Source: Botryllus schlosseri
Taxonomy: Eukaryota
NCBI GenBank assembly: GCA_051294905.1
Contig: CM119384.1
Span: forward strand, 11,966,001-12,030,000
Reading direction: 5' to 3'
DNA: 64,000 bases
Part shown: positions 12,201 to 27,200 of the stretch, one piece after another
Numbering within the stretch: position 1 is the stretch's first letter
Layout of the letters: each line of letters begins with the position of its first letter
Made by a program: the position numbers and the translations under genes
Notes under the pieces: generated by a model
Told to the model about the DNA's origin: nothing
Seen by the model: the letters and a program-made list of their open reading frames with translations, nothing else
Databases searched by the model: none

Positions 12201-15200
12201 CTTCTACGATTTGTAAATTTATCTTAGTCAACTATTATATCGAATGCCCATGATTTAATTATTATTTTAATTATCTCTAGTTTTATTCAAATATTTAAAC
12301 AATTTGATGTATCCACTCTTTTATTCGTTGGGCATCAAGAGCCCTAGTCTGCATTTGATATATTATCGCTATACTCTTCTTGCCTACATATTGATCGATG
12401 TATCCATCTGAATAATATTCAATTTGAGGTTGCCGAGTTGCGCTGGGGAACCATTGGTATCAGGAAGATTAGAGAGTTTGGCGATACAGTTGTTCAGTCA
12501 TTTCAGCTTATTCATATGTTCTAGGGAGATACAGTTACTCTTTCAACAACGAAGGAACATTCTATGTGTCCAGTGGTAGAGTGGACCATGAAACATGGGG
12601 AAGTATTGTGATGAAACAGTCTATCGTCGTACGGTCCGCTCCGGCCAAGGCCGATACGTTCAGGGTTACAGTGGCAGGATATGATGCTGAATATGTAGTC
12701 GGTGGGTGCATACCTACTGTATTTGCGATCTGTCACATTGGGCTAAATAAGAAGTGAAGGTTTGATTTCATTTGGCGGAAATGGAGCTCGCTAATGCAAG
12801 ATTGAACCTGATTTTTGTTAATGTATTGACTGATCGAATAAATCATATTCTTTTCCGTATGCATCTTAAAATTACCCCTATTCTTGTTACTTGTCATTGA
12901 TGGGATATAATGACAAAATCTGACTTGAAGTATGACAGAAAAGTAGTGCCAACCGATGAATTACTTGTTGTTCCATGACATATAAATTGTTGGTCATACT
13001 GTCACCAACTTGTTTCATAACTAGAAACACTACATCCAATGCTTTGCTCACATTATCATTAGTTCTTGAAATTTGAAATCTCAATGATAACGATTTTCTG
13101 TTCGATAAACACCACTGTCATCGCTCACAGGCGGTAATACGAGGAGAATTAAGCGGGACGCGTGTAAGCCGGTTTCTATCCAACCAAGCTGCTCTAGCGC
13201 ATCGGTCTCATCTACGAACCTTACGTTTGTCACTGACGACTGTTATTCGCCGACGATATCGAATTTGTCAATCAATAAAGGATACAAAGATAGCGAGCTT
13301 ACTATCACAGGTAGGTTTTCTGTCTCGATCGGCATTAAGAAAGCACTGGTAGTATAGTGACACATGATCTTATGGTATCATTCGTAATATGTGTGACGTT
13401 TCATTTTATATGTTTGACTGAAAAGAATACTTCAATGCGGTTCAATATTATTAGCCGGCAATTTTTACAACATGCAGGCGGTAGTATAGCTATTTTCAGC
13501 ACAAGCCACATCAGCATGGCAGATACGGAAAGAAGGCCCTTACTCTAGTATAGTGTTTGATGCAGGGTTGTAATGACTCAAGTCGAGATATTTTGGTGAC
13601 TTGACTTGACTCCAGTCTTTTTTTCAAATGCGTAGAATGACTCGACTCAATTCAATTTTTGTATTGACTCGACTGTACTTGAGTCATTGTGCACGACTCA
13701 TTCTATATCACTCGAGCAGAGTTGAAAAGAGTGAGTTGAACCCGATTTAACTGAAACTGAACTATGAACATAATGACTTTGACTCGGACTCAAGTCAAAA
13801 CACTATGACTCAGACTCGACCCTCTACTAGCCGACTTGGACCTGACTTGGTGGTGAATTGAAAATGACTTGACTTGACTCGAGTCAAAATTATAAAAGTG
13901 AGATTGCCTTGACTCGGAACCTCACGACCTGGTTACAACCCTGGCTTGATGATTGGCCTGTGATTTTACGAAGTCAAAAATCAGGCTTACATTTGACATA
14001 CACCACAAATTGAACGTATCGAATTCCAGGAGAGGGATTCGCCGCTGATAACTGCGCAAACAAAGTCATAATTGGCGATGGGCTTGTTCGCGAGTACGAA
14101 TGTACTGTAACTGCATCGTCCGCGAATGAGATCAAATGCTTGATCGCTCCATCGGAAGACACCCCGTTGTACACGGCTTTCTACGTAAGTTGCATTGATT
14201 CTGTCGCCGGACCAGAGGTAGTCAAAGTATGTTTCTACTCGAGTAGAAGTTGAAGTAGCGATTACCAAGTAAGTATTCTGCCTGAAAATATCAAAATTGG
14301 GATGTAGTAGCATTCTAAAATCACAAGAAGGCAAAACCTACCGTAATTTTCCGAATATAGTGCGCCCCCATGTATAATACGCACCCTTAAAATGACGTGC
14401 ATATTCTGGGAAAAAGCCTGTACCCATGTATAGTACGCACCCTGCATTCGCAGTACGTGAGTGCATGAATAGTTGCGGTTTAGTATTCGATGTTGTTCTG
14501 TTTTGCGATGTCACTGTCGAACAATCATGACATAATGATCGCTAATCATAATACAATTGACGGCATTGTCTCTAAGTGAGAGTAGATAGTAGCCAAACCC
14601 TGTGAGGGCGGCGACGCGATAGCTCAGGCTAGCGACACACGACATCTTGCGCACGTGGCCTATTACAATTACAGATGCGATTGCTCAGGCCAACGGTTAC
14701 GTCGGGCGCACCAGTCCTGTTGGAGATGCGACTGATTACGCAAGCGATTATATCTTGCGCACATGGCCTCTTTGTATGCGATTGTTAAGGCCTGTCGTTG
14801 ACGCGATGAATCAACAAGGATTGCCGCGCACGCTTGTAGCAATCAGCGACCTAATTTCGCTCGCGTACAAACGGCAAACCAACTCAGCAAGAGATCGCGT
14901 GCTTTGCAGACGACACTCGTTAATTAGAAACACGCTTTTGGTTAATTGGCAACACACTTCTCTATTTGGCAGCGCGTTACACTCTATAATACTAATTACG
15001 GGTGCCCAATGGCTAGAGGTGATGCGCGATTTAAACAAACATGAAGAAAGGTGTGATTTCAAGTTTTTGATCGAGGGATTATTTTTCAAGGCTTGCTGTA
15101 GCCATGTATAATACGCACCCCCTATTTTAGGGCAAAAAATCGGTAAAATTTTGCGCATTATACATGGAAAATTACGGTACTTGTACACTCCGAAAAAAAT

Positions 15201-18200
15201 CACCTCTGAATAACACTCCAAAAATTTGAATGTGGAGAGTTGCCTACAAATTTACTGACCACTTTGCCCTGAAATGTGCGGCTATAATGTCCTACGGTAT
15301 TTGATTTCTCAACATCTATTCGCGTTTCAGGTGAAAGTGCAAGTGTTAGGTGCAGGATATTCCAGTTCTGCTATAAAAAAAGATTCGGATCGCAGATTTG
15401 CGCTTCTACCAAGCGTATCATCAGTTAGTCCTGACAAGGGTTCTTTAGCTGGCGGAACTTTGCTTACAATAACAGGCAAGCCTTGCTATATATCCGTTGC
15501 CGCATATTTTTGAGAAACTTGTCAGTTACGTGGCCGTCGTAGGTTCAGGATTTCTATCGGATTCTTCAGTCGCTGTCAGTCAACTTATCTGCGATGTCGC
15601 TAAAGTTACATTTTTTGAAATACTGTGCACCACTAGACCGTCTGCTTCCCAAGATACTGTGAACGTGACGGTTTCTGTCGGGTGAGACATCAATAATGTA
15701 TTCTTCGTGTGGTAAAGTATGTGTTTCTCTATTATTAGTGTTTGCATTTTGGTATAAGGCTAAAATAAGGACAGATATTATAAATTTGAACAATGCAGTT
15801 TGATAATTTTATAGTTGCATCGGAATTGGCCTCTCATGGACCTCAGTTTAATATCCCCTTGATTTATATGAATGCTGCAATTCCTGAAAACACGATATTG
15901 AGCGTTACCCTAGCTTAAGAGTAAATGTATGATCGTTCTAGGAGTTTCAATGTAGAGTGCGTCGACAGTTGCGAGTTCGCGTACGATGCCGCTTCAACTC
16001 CACAAATTTCAAGTATCACACCGTCACAATTATCTACGGAACACAGCAACATCACGTTGACAGGCTCGGGCCTATCTGGCGGTACGGTGGCTACTATAGG
16101 TGAGATTTACGCGTGTTCGGTGCCTTGCGTTCTCAAATTTATTAGCTATTTCATCAGGCACTTCAAATTGTACTGTCATTGAGTCTCAGTCTACTTCTGT
16201 AACCTGCTTGATTGGTGATCTTGCCGCTGGTACACACGACGTTGCTGTTTACGTTCACGGCAAGGGAAATGCTGATATTGATCCTGCCGTTAGATCCCTG
16301 TATATGTAAGTATGCTATGTATGCACATTAGAGTTGTTCACAGATAACTTTTTTTTCCGGATTCCAGGGATTCACTGATTAAAGTAACTCCAGTATCACC
16401 GTGCCTGAATCTTTTCGAAGATTCTACCTATTTGCAGTGCATTCGTTTTGCAATTCTGATTAACTGCTAAATTTCACCAATCGCGTTGTAGCTTGGAGAT
16501 TTGGGAGAAAATATGAAATCTTTGTCAAGCCATCCGTAAGATACTGTTTTGTTTATCCATGCAGCTCTCCTGTGATCGAAGCGATGACGCCTGCTAAAGG
16601 TAGCACGGAGGGCGGTACTGTGATCGAGTTTGTCGGAAATGGTTTTGAATGCGATGGCATCCAAGTGAAAATCGGGGAGAAGGACTGCACGATATTGCGG
16701 GATACCTTGACCAACTTTGTGGTAAGCGTCTTATCCAACACGGAGAGAAATGTATTTCATAATCCGGCATATCTTAGATGAAATGTGTCACTGCTGCGCA
16801 ATCGATCGGATACTATTCAGTTTCGGTACGGTGTGGTAACGGAGAAAAATTCGCTGCTCCATCACAATTCCATCACCATGATGCAGTGACGCCAAAGATT
16901 TATGGAATCACGCCTAGCGAAGGTTGGACTCGATTGAAATTTATATTTAGAGCGAATGGCTCGAGTGGTGTGATGTTATTTTAGGAAAAGCAGGATCCCA
17001 TGTCACAATAACCGGAGAATTATTCAATGTTAGCAGCATGGTGGTCTTTATCGGTAATTCGGAATGTTCCTTCGAAAATGGCAGCGACAGTCAGGTGAGC
17101 TGTGTGATCAATCTTTTTTTTACACTGTTGATGTCATATAACAAAAATATTTTGTCAGAAATATTGTTCTTTGTTCACAATTGGTTTTCATTGTTGCTTT
17201 CATTCTCAATTGTTCAACTGCTGCTTATAATTCTAACCACATTTATAGCCATGCTACTTCTGTTCTTATTCTTGTATTGTTGGAAAATGGGCGCCCGACA
17301 CTAATTTGCCGTAGGTATGCGGGTTCGATGACGTCATAATACAGCAGAATAATAAATGGGCTGTGTAAAATCCTGATAATTGGTATTAGAGCAACTCTCA
17401 AGTTTTTAATATCACCGATTACCTAGTCGCTTGTATAAGATGAAAAAATTACAATAGGCCAATTATCAGAGAGCCAGAGAAAAAATGTATACCCCCCATT
17501 CATATTCTACTGCCAGAAGTAGTTTTGGCCTATCCTGGTTAGCAACCCTTTCTTTGGTAGGCCTACTGTACTTCAGTAACATTAGTGGCTGTTTCGAAAT
17601 CCAGTACTGCCAATCGATCGTTTCATCACATCTGGCGAAGAGATTTTTGTGTCGGTTTTGGCAAATAATTGAACACACTGCAAATTAGGCTTGGGAGTTA
17701 CCCAAATTTTAATGCCACTCTGATCACTATAGATCACGATTTGGAAGTATAGAATCTGCGCCCTGATTCAGTGCGTAATTCAATATTCTTAGTTCCAATA
17801 ATGAGTCAGGGAACATTTTGGTACAACTCTTGCCATGATTTGCCTCCAACCCTTTTTGAATTAATGCCTAGATCGTTTGTGCACTGTCTGAGCATGCTGG
17901 TGGTGAATATCTCGTTTCTGCCTTAGTGAGGCCCTATGGCAAAGCACTATCTGACGTCAGATTCAATTATTCTTACGCGATCTCTGAAATCAATCCGATC
18001 GAAGGTGAGAATCGTTTTTTGCAGTTATTTTCATACGGTGTGCATCGCATTTTTGAATATATTCTGGTATTATGGAATTGTTCATTTTTGTGTAACAATG
18101 ATGCAATCGTGGAAAGAGTCATAATCATTCTTCAGGATTGTGTCAAATAATGTAGACTGCAGTATTCTGTTGTTGCTGTTCTTTTTTTTTGTATGGAATT

Positions 18201-21200
18201 CACAAATTCCATCAACAAATTTTGTAATTGTATCGCAGGTAGCTTTGCCGGTGGAAATTTGCTGACTGTGGACGGAACGGGCTTCACTAATATGTCGATA
18301 GTGCGTGTGTGCGGAAGCGTATGCCAGCATGGTGCTGGTTTTGAACTGACACGTTCAAGCTACAGTCAGATCGTATGCGTCGTACCTCGTAAGAAATTTG
18401 TTTGTGTGCTATAACCTGTCTGTCATCAGAAGCTGATGTACGCAATATCGCTAGGTATAAGATTCGTGACAGAGAAAATAATTTTAAAATGCCGCTAGAC
18501 TTGATGGGATATCGGAGGCGGTGAAAGTAGTGATTGTTGGTGCTCAAGTAGAAGTAGGAGTGCCATAAATTTCTAGTGGTTTCAAAAAGTAGTATTGGTC
18601 GGGACGTTGTATACTTTTAGTAGCCTATGCAAGGTGACTTCTTTCAAAATTGTGGGGTGCATCTGTGCAAAGGTATACTCAGTTACCGTGATATTTCTCC
18701 CAATTGCTATGACAAGTGTGCTCGTAAGCGTGGTGGAATCATGTCCCTCTACTTTAAAAGATCAAAAGTCCAAAAAGTAAGTAGCTTTTCTTTCCTAAAA
18801 ATTTAAAAATAGAAGTAGAAGTAGTCAAAATCATAACCACTTGAGCATGTACTGCAAGTAAGCATAACCTACTTGAGTATGCCCGCATATGGAGGATACA
18901 TATCTTGAGACAGTCATAAATTCACAGTTCATTATCTTGCTTATTTTGTTTAGGTATGTCCGACGACATCACGGCAGATAAAACATGCAATGTCACGGTT
19001 ACTTTCGATGGCAAATCTGTGGTTGCCAGAGAGGCTTACACATTTGTGATCGGAAACACTCCGATCGTCATGGGGATTTCACCTGAGCGGGGTGGTACAC
19101 AAGGAGGCACCACAGTCACGATGACAGGAATTTTGTTCGACGCTGACGTAAAACATGTATGTCTGATAGGGTGTCATGTTGTTAAGTGCTTCGTGTTGAT
19201 GCTCTGAGTATTTAGGTGAACGTTGAAATTGGAGGAGTAGCCTGCGATGTCATTGCTTCGAGTGTGACTGAAATCAGATGCACCACCAATGCCGCTGGGC
19301 GCAGTCTGAAAGCGGACGTTTCGGTGACGATTGCAGGAAAAGGCCAAGCTATCTCTGACGTGCAGTTTTATTATATCGGTAAATAGTTATATAGGTTGGA
19401 TGCGTTTTGATTTTGTCTTAACCAGGGCTGTCCGAGTTCTGTTAAATTTTCTCTTGATAAAGCTGCAGTCACAGAAATTTTGTGACACTCTTTGGAGCCG
19501 AAGTCTGGGAAACACTTACTGGCTGGAGTTGGAGTTTATACAGACTCCTTTAGATAACGTATCCTGGAAGAATGACTTTGCCCCGTTGCAAATAATCTAG
19601 AACCCTGTAGTTTGAACTAAAATTTGAGGCCAAACGGTAATTCAGGCTGTTATGGAAGGCTGTATTCACTGACTTTTTTCAAGTTAAGCCAATTCTGTGA
19701 GGACCACAAGGGATCAAATATTATTGACGTGATCGAACTTTCAATCATTTTTTTATGTTCTTAAAATTTAGCTACAGATTGTTTCAATGTTCGGGTACGA
19801 CATTATAGTATCATTCCTAATTTTCTGTATGTCTCACAGACGTGTGGTCTTCGAATTACACATGGGGAGGCGGCCCCACACCAGGGGCGGGTGAATTTGT
19901 GGTGGTCCCGGCGTCGCAGACATTGCTCCTCGACGTGGACACTGCCGTTTTGAAAATGCTGCTGATCCAAGGGGGGACCGTCATATTCGATGATAAGGAT
20001 ATCCATCTTCAAACCGAGAATATTTTGATTACAGACGGCGGAGTGCTTCAGGTATGCCTGATTAATTTAAGCAATTGTGTTTAAAACATGTTCGTTATCA
20101 TGGCTTTCTTTTTCAATTGATCACAGATATTTCAGGCGTCAGAGCAGTGATCAATTGCAATGACAGTAAATACTAACTATATTCAAAACTGAATCTGATT
20201 TGATGTAATTTTTCTGAATATCTCGGCAAAACACACGGGTCCTTAACTATTTATTCCGAGAAGGAATTGCATATCTGTCCAAAAAATGGTGAATACCATT
20301 TTGGAGTACCATATTCACACACTGCACCTCACTTATATAACACAGGTCTGAATTTTCCCCAAAATTTCATCGTGGTTGACATTTGCAAAACTCGGTAATC
20401 TCATATACAGTTTATTAATATTTTAAAATAGAGATAAAAAAGCCGAATATTTTCTGCTGACATTTGTCAGAGGTAATCATCAGCAACTTGTAGAGAATTG
20501 GAAAGAACGTTGTCTACAATCGTATCACCGAATCTAATATACTTTACAGATGGATCGGAACAAAAAACATGATATAATTTAACTTGTCCCATTTAAGAAG
20601 CATCCCTTTCCCATACGGGACATTAACATGGTCTAACGGACGTGTTTCGTGTTTGAAAAGTAACCAATTACAAATTATATGCAGACATGTAGTTTCTATT
20701 AACCTCAAAACTACCGCCCAATATTGTTTACTGATGGTATTGCGTTACTGCTAAACTTTTCGATAGATCGGCACTGCGGACACTCCGTTTGAGCACAGCG
20801 CTGTCATAACTCTACACGGACATCTGAGATCTCGCGAGCTTCCGATCTACGGCACGAAAACGATCGGTGTGCGAAACGGAACTTTGGATTTACACGGCAA
20901 GTGAGGGGCGGAAAAATTTCTGTTTTGTATAGTATTATACTTTACCGTGTTTTCCCAAGACCCGTACCTGTCACTTGGACACATTTGGATCAAACTGCGA
21001 AGGCTGGAGAGAATGTTATACATTTGAGGCTGGCCGTTTCGTGGAGTGTGAAGGACACAATAGTCATCGCGACTACAGGTAAAATTTGGTTGTACAATCA
21101 ATGAGAGAAACTGGATTTGAATGTAACTGGGTTCAAGTATGATTACCTTGGAGTGATACCAAATGCAATGATAACATTTTTTTTAATAAGTTTGCTACCG

Positions 21201-24200
21201 ATAGGCTCACGGCACAGCCAGGATCAGACTGAAAAACATGTCATCAAGGCAATTTCCAATGACGGACGACAGATAACTCTGGAAAAGCCATTGGAACACA
21301 CGCACATATCCGTAAGCGAGAAAATCGCAGGTGCGCGCTCACGTTTTTGATTCGTCTCCGAGGACACGTCTCCGTAACCAGCCTGCCTTCTCAGATATTC
21401 AGTTGGAGACGCATGGCGAAGTTGGACTTTTAACCAGAAACATTGTGATACAAGGATCTGCCGATATGGAATGGAGTAAAGATAAGATACCGGCTTGTCC
21501 TGAGGGATTTGATACCGGCGAGTTCAAGCAGCAGACTTGTTTTCAAGTGAGTCAACTTTCATTTATACATTGTGTACCTTCTGAAAGAATTGCAGTTCAT
21601 TTACTGGCACTGAACACTTGAGTAGGTTGTCTGAGTTTGAACTCTTCCTTCAGTACTTGCCTAGTTACTTGTTTGTTGCTACGTTTTCATCGTTTTAATG
21701 AATCCATTGTCAGCAGCTCTGATTGCGGTAGGTGGCAAATGCGCTGTATCGCGTGTTTGTTTTATATTTGTAACCAGGGGCGTAGCCAGCTGAGAATAAA
21801 GGGGGGTGTTTCGTCAACAAAGGATGTTCTGAATTATACCCGATTTATCGGGCTAATTGTATGCATAAATGCTTCTACTACAAGTATCAGATAATCTCGC
21901 TCGTGTTAACAACGCTATACGCATATACATAGCCGATTAGCCGTTATATTAAAATATAACGGCAATGCCGTACGCTACGATGGATAGCAGCCCAAGTACG
22001 TCTCTTCGTAGGCGCGCCTCTAATTACTGAGAGCGAGTTACGACATCTACAACACGCGCTCGCAGATCATATTTCAATCAACGCAGCAGCGGGAGATCTT
22101 ATAATTTCGCATTCAGATAAGTAGCGGCCTCGACGTAATATGGTACCATAACCAGATTCTCGAATGTTAATATATGCAGTCGGAATCGTGGTATATATCG
22201 TGATAACTTGTGCCATGATTCAGTTCGATGTAACGCCCGCCCGACGTTCCGATCTTTTTTAATTCGGCCCGTAACTCATCCACATAACCCAGCTGTATTA
22301 CCGTATTACGATATAGCACCACAACTGATAAGCTGAGATAACAGCAGAAACAGATATAACGTGCCCTTAATTACCAAAAGTGAGCAGTGCGATGACTGTG
22401 ATCAATTTACAATACAGTCAGAGATATTGCCATTTCGCGTAGTGATATTGCCATTTCGCGCTCACATAAGAACGTGACCTCGAGTCGGGTATCGTAACAG
22501 ATTTCCCAAATGGTAATGTCGAGTGCGGAATCTCTTAGTTATTGACGTAATTGACGATGAATTAGCTCGGTTGTTGGAGTACCACTGGCCGTCTTGCTAA
22601 TCGTTACTCGGCTTCTAACACATCTCCTGATTGTCATGGTTTAATATTCGCGCTAATACACCTTCGCCTTTGCTATGAATTGTTCACAGATCGTTTCTGC
22701 GGATCTGGATTAATTCAAATTATGCACCATGAGTTTTGATTCAACTTAATATCGTTCGCTAAATTGATGTAGCATTTTTGCTATGTAGGGATGGTAAAGA
22801 GTAAAGACCAATGTGTGCGAAAGTGCGATGCAATCGTTAATGTCAGTAGCCCGTCTCAGGTCCAGGCTTAGGCTTAGGCTCAGGCTCGTAATCGAAAAAG
22901 CATTCGCAAAAGTAACAAATGCGGATTATCCAGGACTATATCGTCTCGTTATTACCACATTACATCGAATATTTATGGAACTGTAATGCATAGCTGATCG
23001 CTGAGCGACCTAATTTTTCGCGCCTCCGATGCGTCTATGATTGTTCTTATTTTCGGCTAAATGTGTGAAAGCAGAACAAGAGATAACATAGCACTAAAAG
23101 GCGGGCAGTCGTTACTCACACAACCGAGTTGTATGAAATTCATTCATGTTCCAAACAGATTCCGCATTGGGCATTTGATCAAAACATGGCAAGATATCAA
23201 GCCGAGTCGCCAATTTATTTGTAACGCGAAATAGCGCGATGTTCCGCTGCGTTGTAACATGATACCTAAAGTACTCTCGTTATCACAGACGAGAGAAGAA
23301 TCGGAGAAAAAAGGGGTATATCGGCATTAATAGTTCAGTGAAAACACTCGCCGTGCAACAATTACGAATGCGCGATTATGCCAAGAAATATTACCTCTAG
23401 ATTTGGGATTCACGAAGGGAGGGTATTTTCGTTTTGAAAGGGGGGTGTTTGGACACCCGAAACACCCCCCCTGGCTACGCCCCTGTTTGTAACATTGGTC
23501 CTTCTATTTACTACTCGTTCTTATCACAGGGCCGATTTGGGGAGGAAGAGGGCTCCGATCAGTTTGGGGGTCAGATCATGGTCCACCATAGATCTCTGGG
23601 TCTGGACATTGCCCGTGCAAGACTTGAATATGTGGAGATGAGAAATATGGGTCAGGCGTTCCGTCTCGGAAGATACCCGATTCACTTTCATCTGCTGGGC
23701 GATGTTAACTTCAATAGTTACCTGCGAGGATGTGCTATCCACAAAAGTTTCAACAGGTATCGTGAAAACACATTGAAGTTTTACACGCTGTAAGAACATG
23801 GTGTGCGAAAACAGAGAGAACATATTTGAGACCTGCGAAATGGGTTTATAATTTTGCTTGACCTCACACGTTTGAGCTAAACTCAATTGGACTATTTGAC
23901 GGGCCAAATTAACGTTGAAATCGGCAAAAAAATGCATATATCGACTTTTTACAATTGAATGTATATTGCAGGGGTCACCAACCTTTTTGCAACCGAGGGC
24001 TACTTTTGCGTAATGATTGAAGCGGCGGGCTACTATTTACTCCCGCCTTTTACCCGTACCACACTGAATTTCCGCTTTGATATTCATAGCACTGGGCAGG
24101 ACTGGACATCATGTTATCTGTTTCTATAGCAGTCAGTGGGAAGCCTGGCATTGTATGATATCAACTAGTGCGCTGTACTCTGGTATTTAACTTCACACTG

Positions 24201-27200
24201 CAATTCTGAGTGAGTGTTCCAGATGCGCAATAATTAAGCGTGTTTTGTGTTTGTTTTTGATGAAGTTCATGTCCGAAAAGGCTGATTCACAAAGATAAGT
24301 TGAACCATAGACGCTTGCAACCTTCATAGCTGCCGCGCGTACACCACTGTACTTTTCCGTATCAACACTGCACCAAACGTTTGCTGCATAGTGAGGTGGG
24401 GGTCATTTTGCAGTGTTACAATTTCAATCTCCTACTGTTCAGCATCCAGAAATGACGAGATTTCATGATACCGGCAGCAGCAACAATTACAGAAAGTTAG
24501 AAACATGGTATAATAAACTGCGTTGAGTGTAACAGAAACAAGCTGTGCCAAATGATGCAATACGTAATGGGTATACAGATATTGAAAATCTGCTAGTACT
24601 TCACGGCTATCTGACTCCGAATAGTAATATTGTTTACTACTTTGGCATTGTCCTGGTCGTCGAGCTATCGTAACGGAACCCCCCACCATTTCAAGAAGAC
24701 CGTGGACGGCATTCCGTCATGTCACCTGTATAGGCAATGCGCCGTATCTTGAATTTCTGGTGATTCTATCACATACATCTATATATTACTAATTGTAATT
24801 GAATATATTTTCAAGTGTTTATATATGCAAGTTACGTGTTAGTGTGTTTCAAACAAGAATAGCTGAATCAATCAATCTATATATTTAAAAGCTCACTAGT
24901 AATAATCTGACGAATATTGGTAAATGCTGCTATTCCACCTATTTTAAGAATGGGCTCGCGGGCTACTCATCTAGTCCTCGCGGGCTACCTGGTGCCCGCG
25001 GGCACCGGGTTGGTGACCCCTGGTATATTGTATATTCATATTGAAATGTACCCGAATATTTTCGAAGGTTCTCTTACTTGAGATTTCATTCCATGCTGGT
25101 GACGTCATGTTTTGTGATACAATTGCTTATGTGCAATGTTTTTTCCAATTCTCTACTAGCTGCTGGCGATATCCCCTGACGATTGTCAGCCGATAATATT
25201 CAGGATCATTTCAATACGAATATACCATTGAATTGTATATTGAAGTTCAGTACCTACAAGAAGCTCTTTAAATATAGACTTTAACAAAATTTACTCGATA
25301 TCCTGAAATCAGTCATCCGAAACTAAATGGCATTGCTGAGTCTCGTAATCACTGTTACCAATGGAGGGCTTGTGACCAATAGAAAGCCCATATGTGATCG
25401 CGGTTTTACGGCATTATTTTGTTGTACGACTACACTACGGTTTCCGATGTAATCTTGCGTTTTTTACACTGTCGAATGGAAATAATGATGGAAATATCAT
25501 AAAAGCAACTGGGCCTCCCAAGGCCGCACTCCACTTGACAGAGTATGCCGCAAAAGAGTCATTAATAAACTTGATGCCAAACCCTACCATGCAGAGCTAT
25601 TACTATCCACAACACCCACCATCTTCTGATCGAAAACAACGTCGTATACGACATCATGGGCGGAGCCGTGTTCATCGAAGACGGCATCGAGCATGGTAAC
25701 GTGATCCAAAGCAATCTGGTGATTCTTTGCAAACAAAGCACCTCGCTGCAAAACGATGACATCACGCCCGCCGCGTTCTGGGTCACCAATCCCAACAATA
25801 CGATCAGGCTGAACGCAGCCGTCGGTGAGTAGTTTGAACAATTACCGTTTACCATTTTTCTTGGTCAAATTCTTGAAGGAATTAAGCCATTGGTGGTCAA
25901 AGTAGTTATCGTTGGTATTCAAGTAGAAGTAGAAGCAACTCAGTAATTTTTATCCAATTACAAGAGGTTGCGATTTTAAATCATACGGAATTGAAAGAGG
26001 TCAAAAAACCTCTTAACCTGTGACCTGACACGGCCGTGGGTGTATATCCCTTGTTGAGATTTCAAAATAATTATTTTTCAGGCGGAACTCACTTTGGGTT
26101 CTGGTATCGTATTCATGAAACGCCTGACGGCCCGTCGGCAGACCCGAACATCTGTCAGCAGCACCACCCCCTTGGAATGTTCGAAGACAACACAGCTCAC
26201 AGCCAAGGCTGGTTTGGTCTATGGGTGTTTAAGGCGAGAAAATTTTTGGTTTTGGTTTCTTGGTTGAAAAACTTGGTCTTTTGACAATGATGAGTTCAGT
26301 TCATTACCAGAACAGTAAAATTTTGTGACACAATGAAAAGTTAGGAAGGAGCAGTATTCCAACCATGTACTGAACATGTTGTACATTGTACAAATGTATG
26401 TAATACTGTATGAAAAGTAGCGCACAATGACAGAAAGGCAGTGCTTTGTGCTGTTAGACGAGATTGATGATCCTACACCTGCACTTTCAAACGCAGAGAT
26501 ATGTATTTGTTATTGAGCAGTTTCTGTTTAATTGAAATCAAAGCTGATAAGTGTTTCTGATGCATTGCAGCAATACACTCCGCGTGGCGATGGATCCTGC
26601 GGCGCACTGGAGCCATCGATAGCACGTTTTGTCTCGATGGTGGCTTGGAATTGTGAAAAGGGCGCCGAACTTGTGAACGTGGGAGCCGTGCAGGTAATCA
26701 TACTATCGAACGTCTTTTTGTGTGGAGCTCGCGTTATTTTGTTGGCAGTTCTGGAGTTTTATCGTGGCGCATAACGATAAGGCCGGCATCGAAACGAAGA
26801 TGGTTGTTGACAAGAAAGCGAGATGGGGTCACGCCGGCACTTACAATTCCACCATTATCGGCTACACGAAAGGGCTGGGTGAAGGTGATGAAGGGTGATG
26901 GTTAGCTGTTGTGTTGGGAGTTAAATTTGGTTTTGTTTAACGACATGCAGTTGTTGGTTAAGCAGTGCAAATATGCAAAATCCACTTAAGTATTCCATTG
27001 AAGTATCCTACTTGGTTACTAACCACCTCTGTAATCAACTGATGTATTTTCTCAAAAATGTGATGCGGCTGAATACAACCACGCCAGATTCGGATTTAGC
27101 ACACCCAACTTAGATATAAAAGTGTCAAAAACAATCTGGTGCACTGTTTTCGAGTATCACTGCGAATTTGCTTCAAACGAATAAAAATCTGTTTCTGTCT

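Noticed and set aside
20897-20959. Apparent GC donor (G|GCAAGT) in the G8 region
   Set aside because: The GT at 20901 joins in frame to the acceptor at 20959 to give LHGK-PVPVTW, so the intron is canonical.
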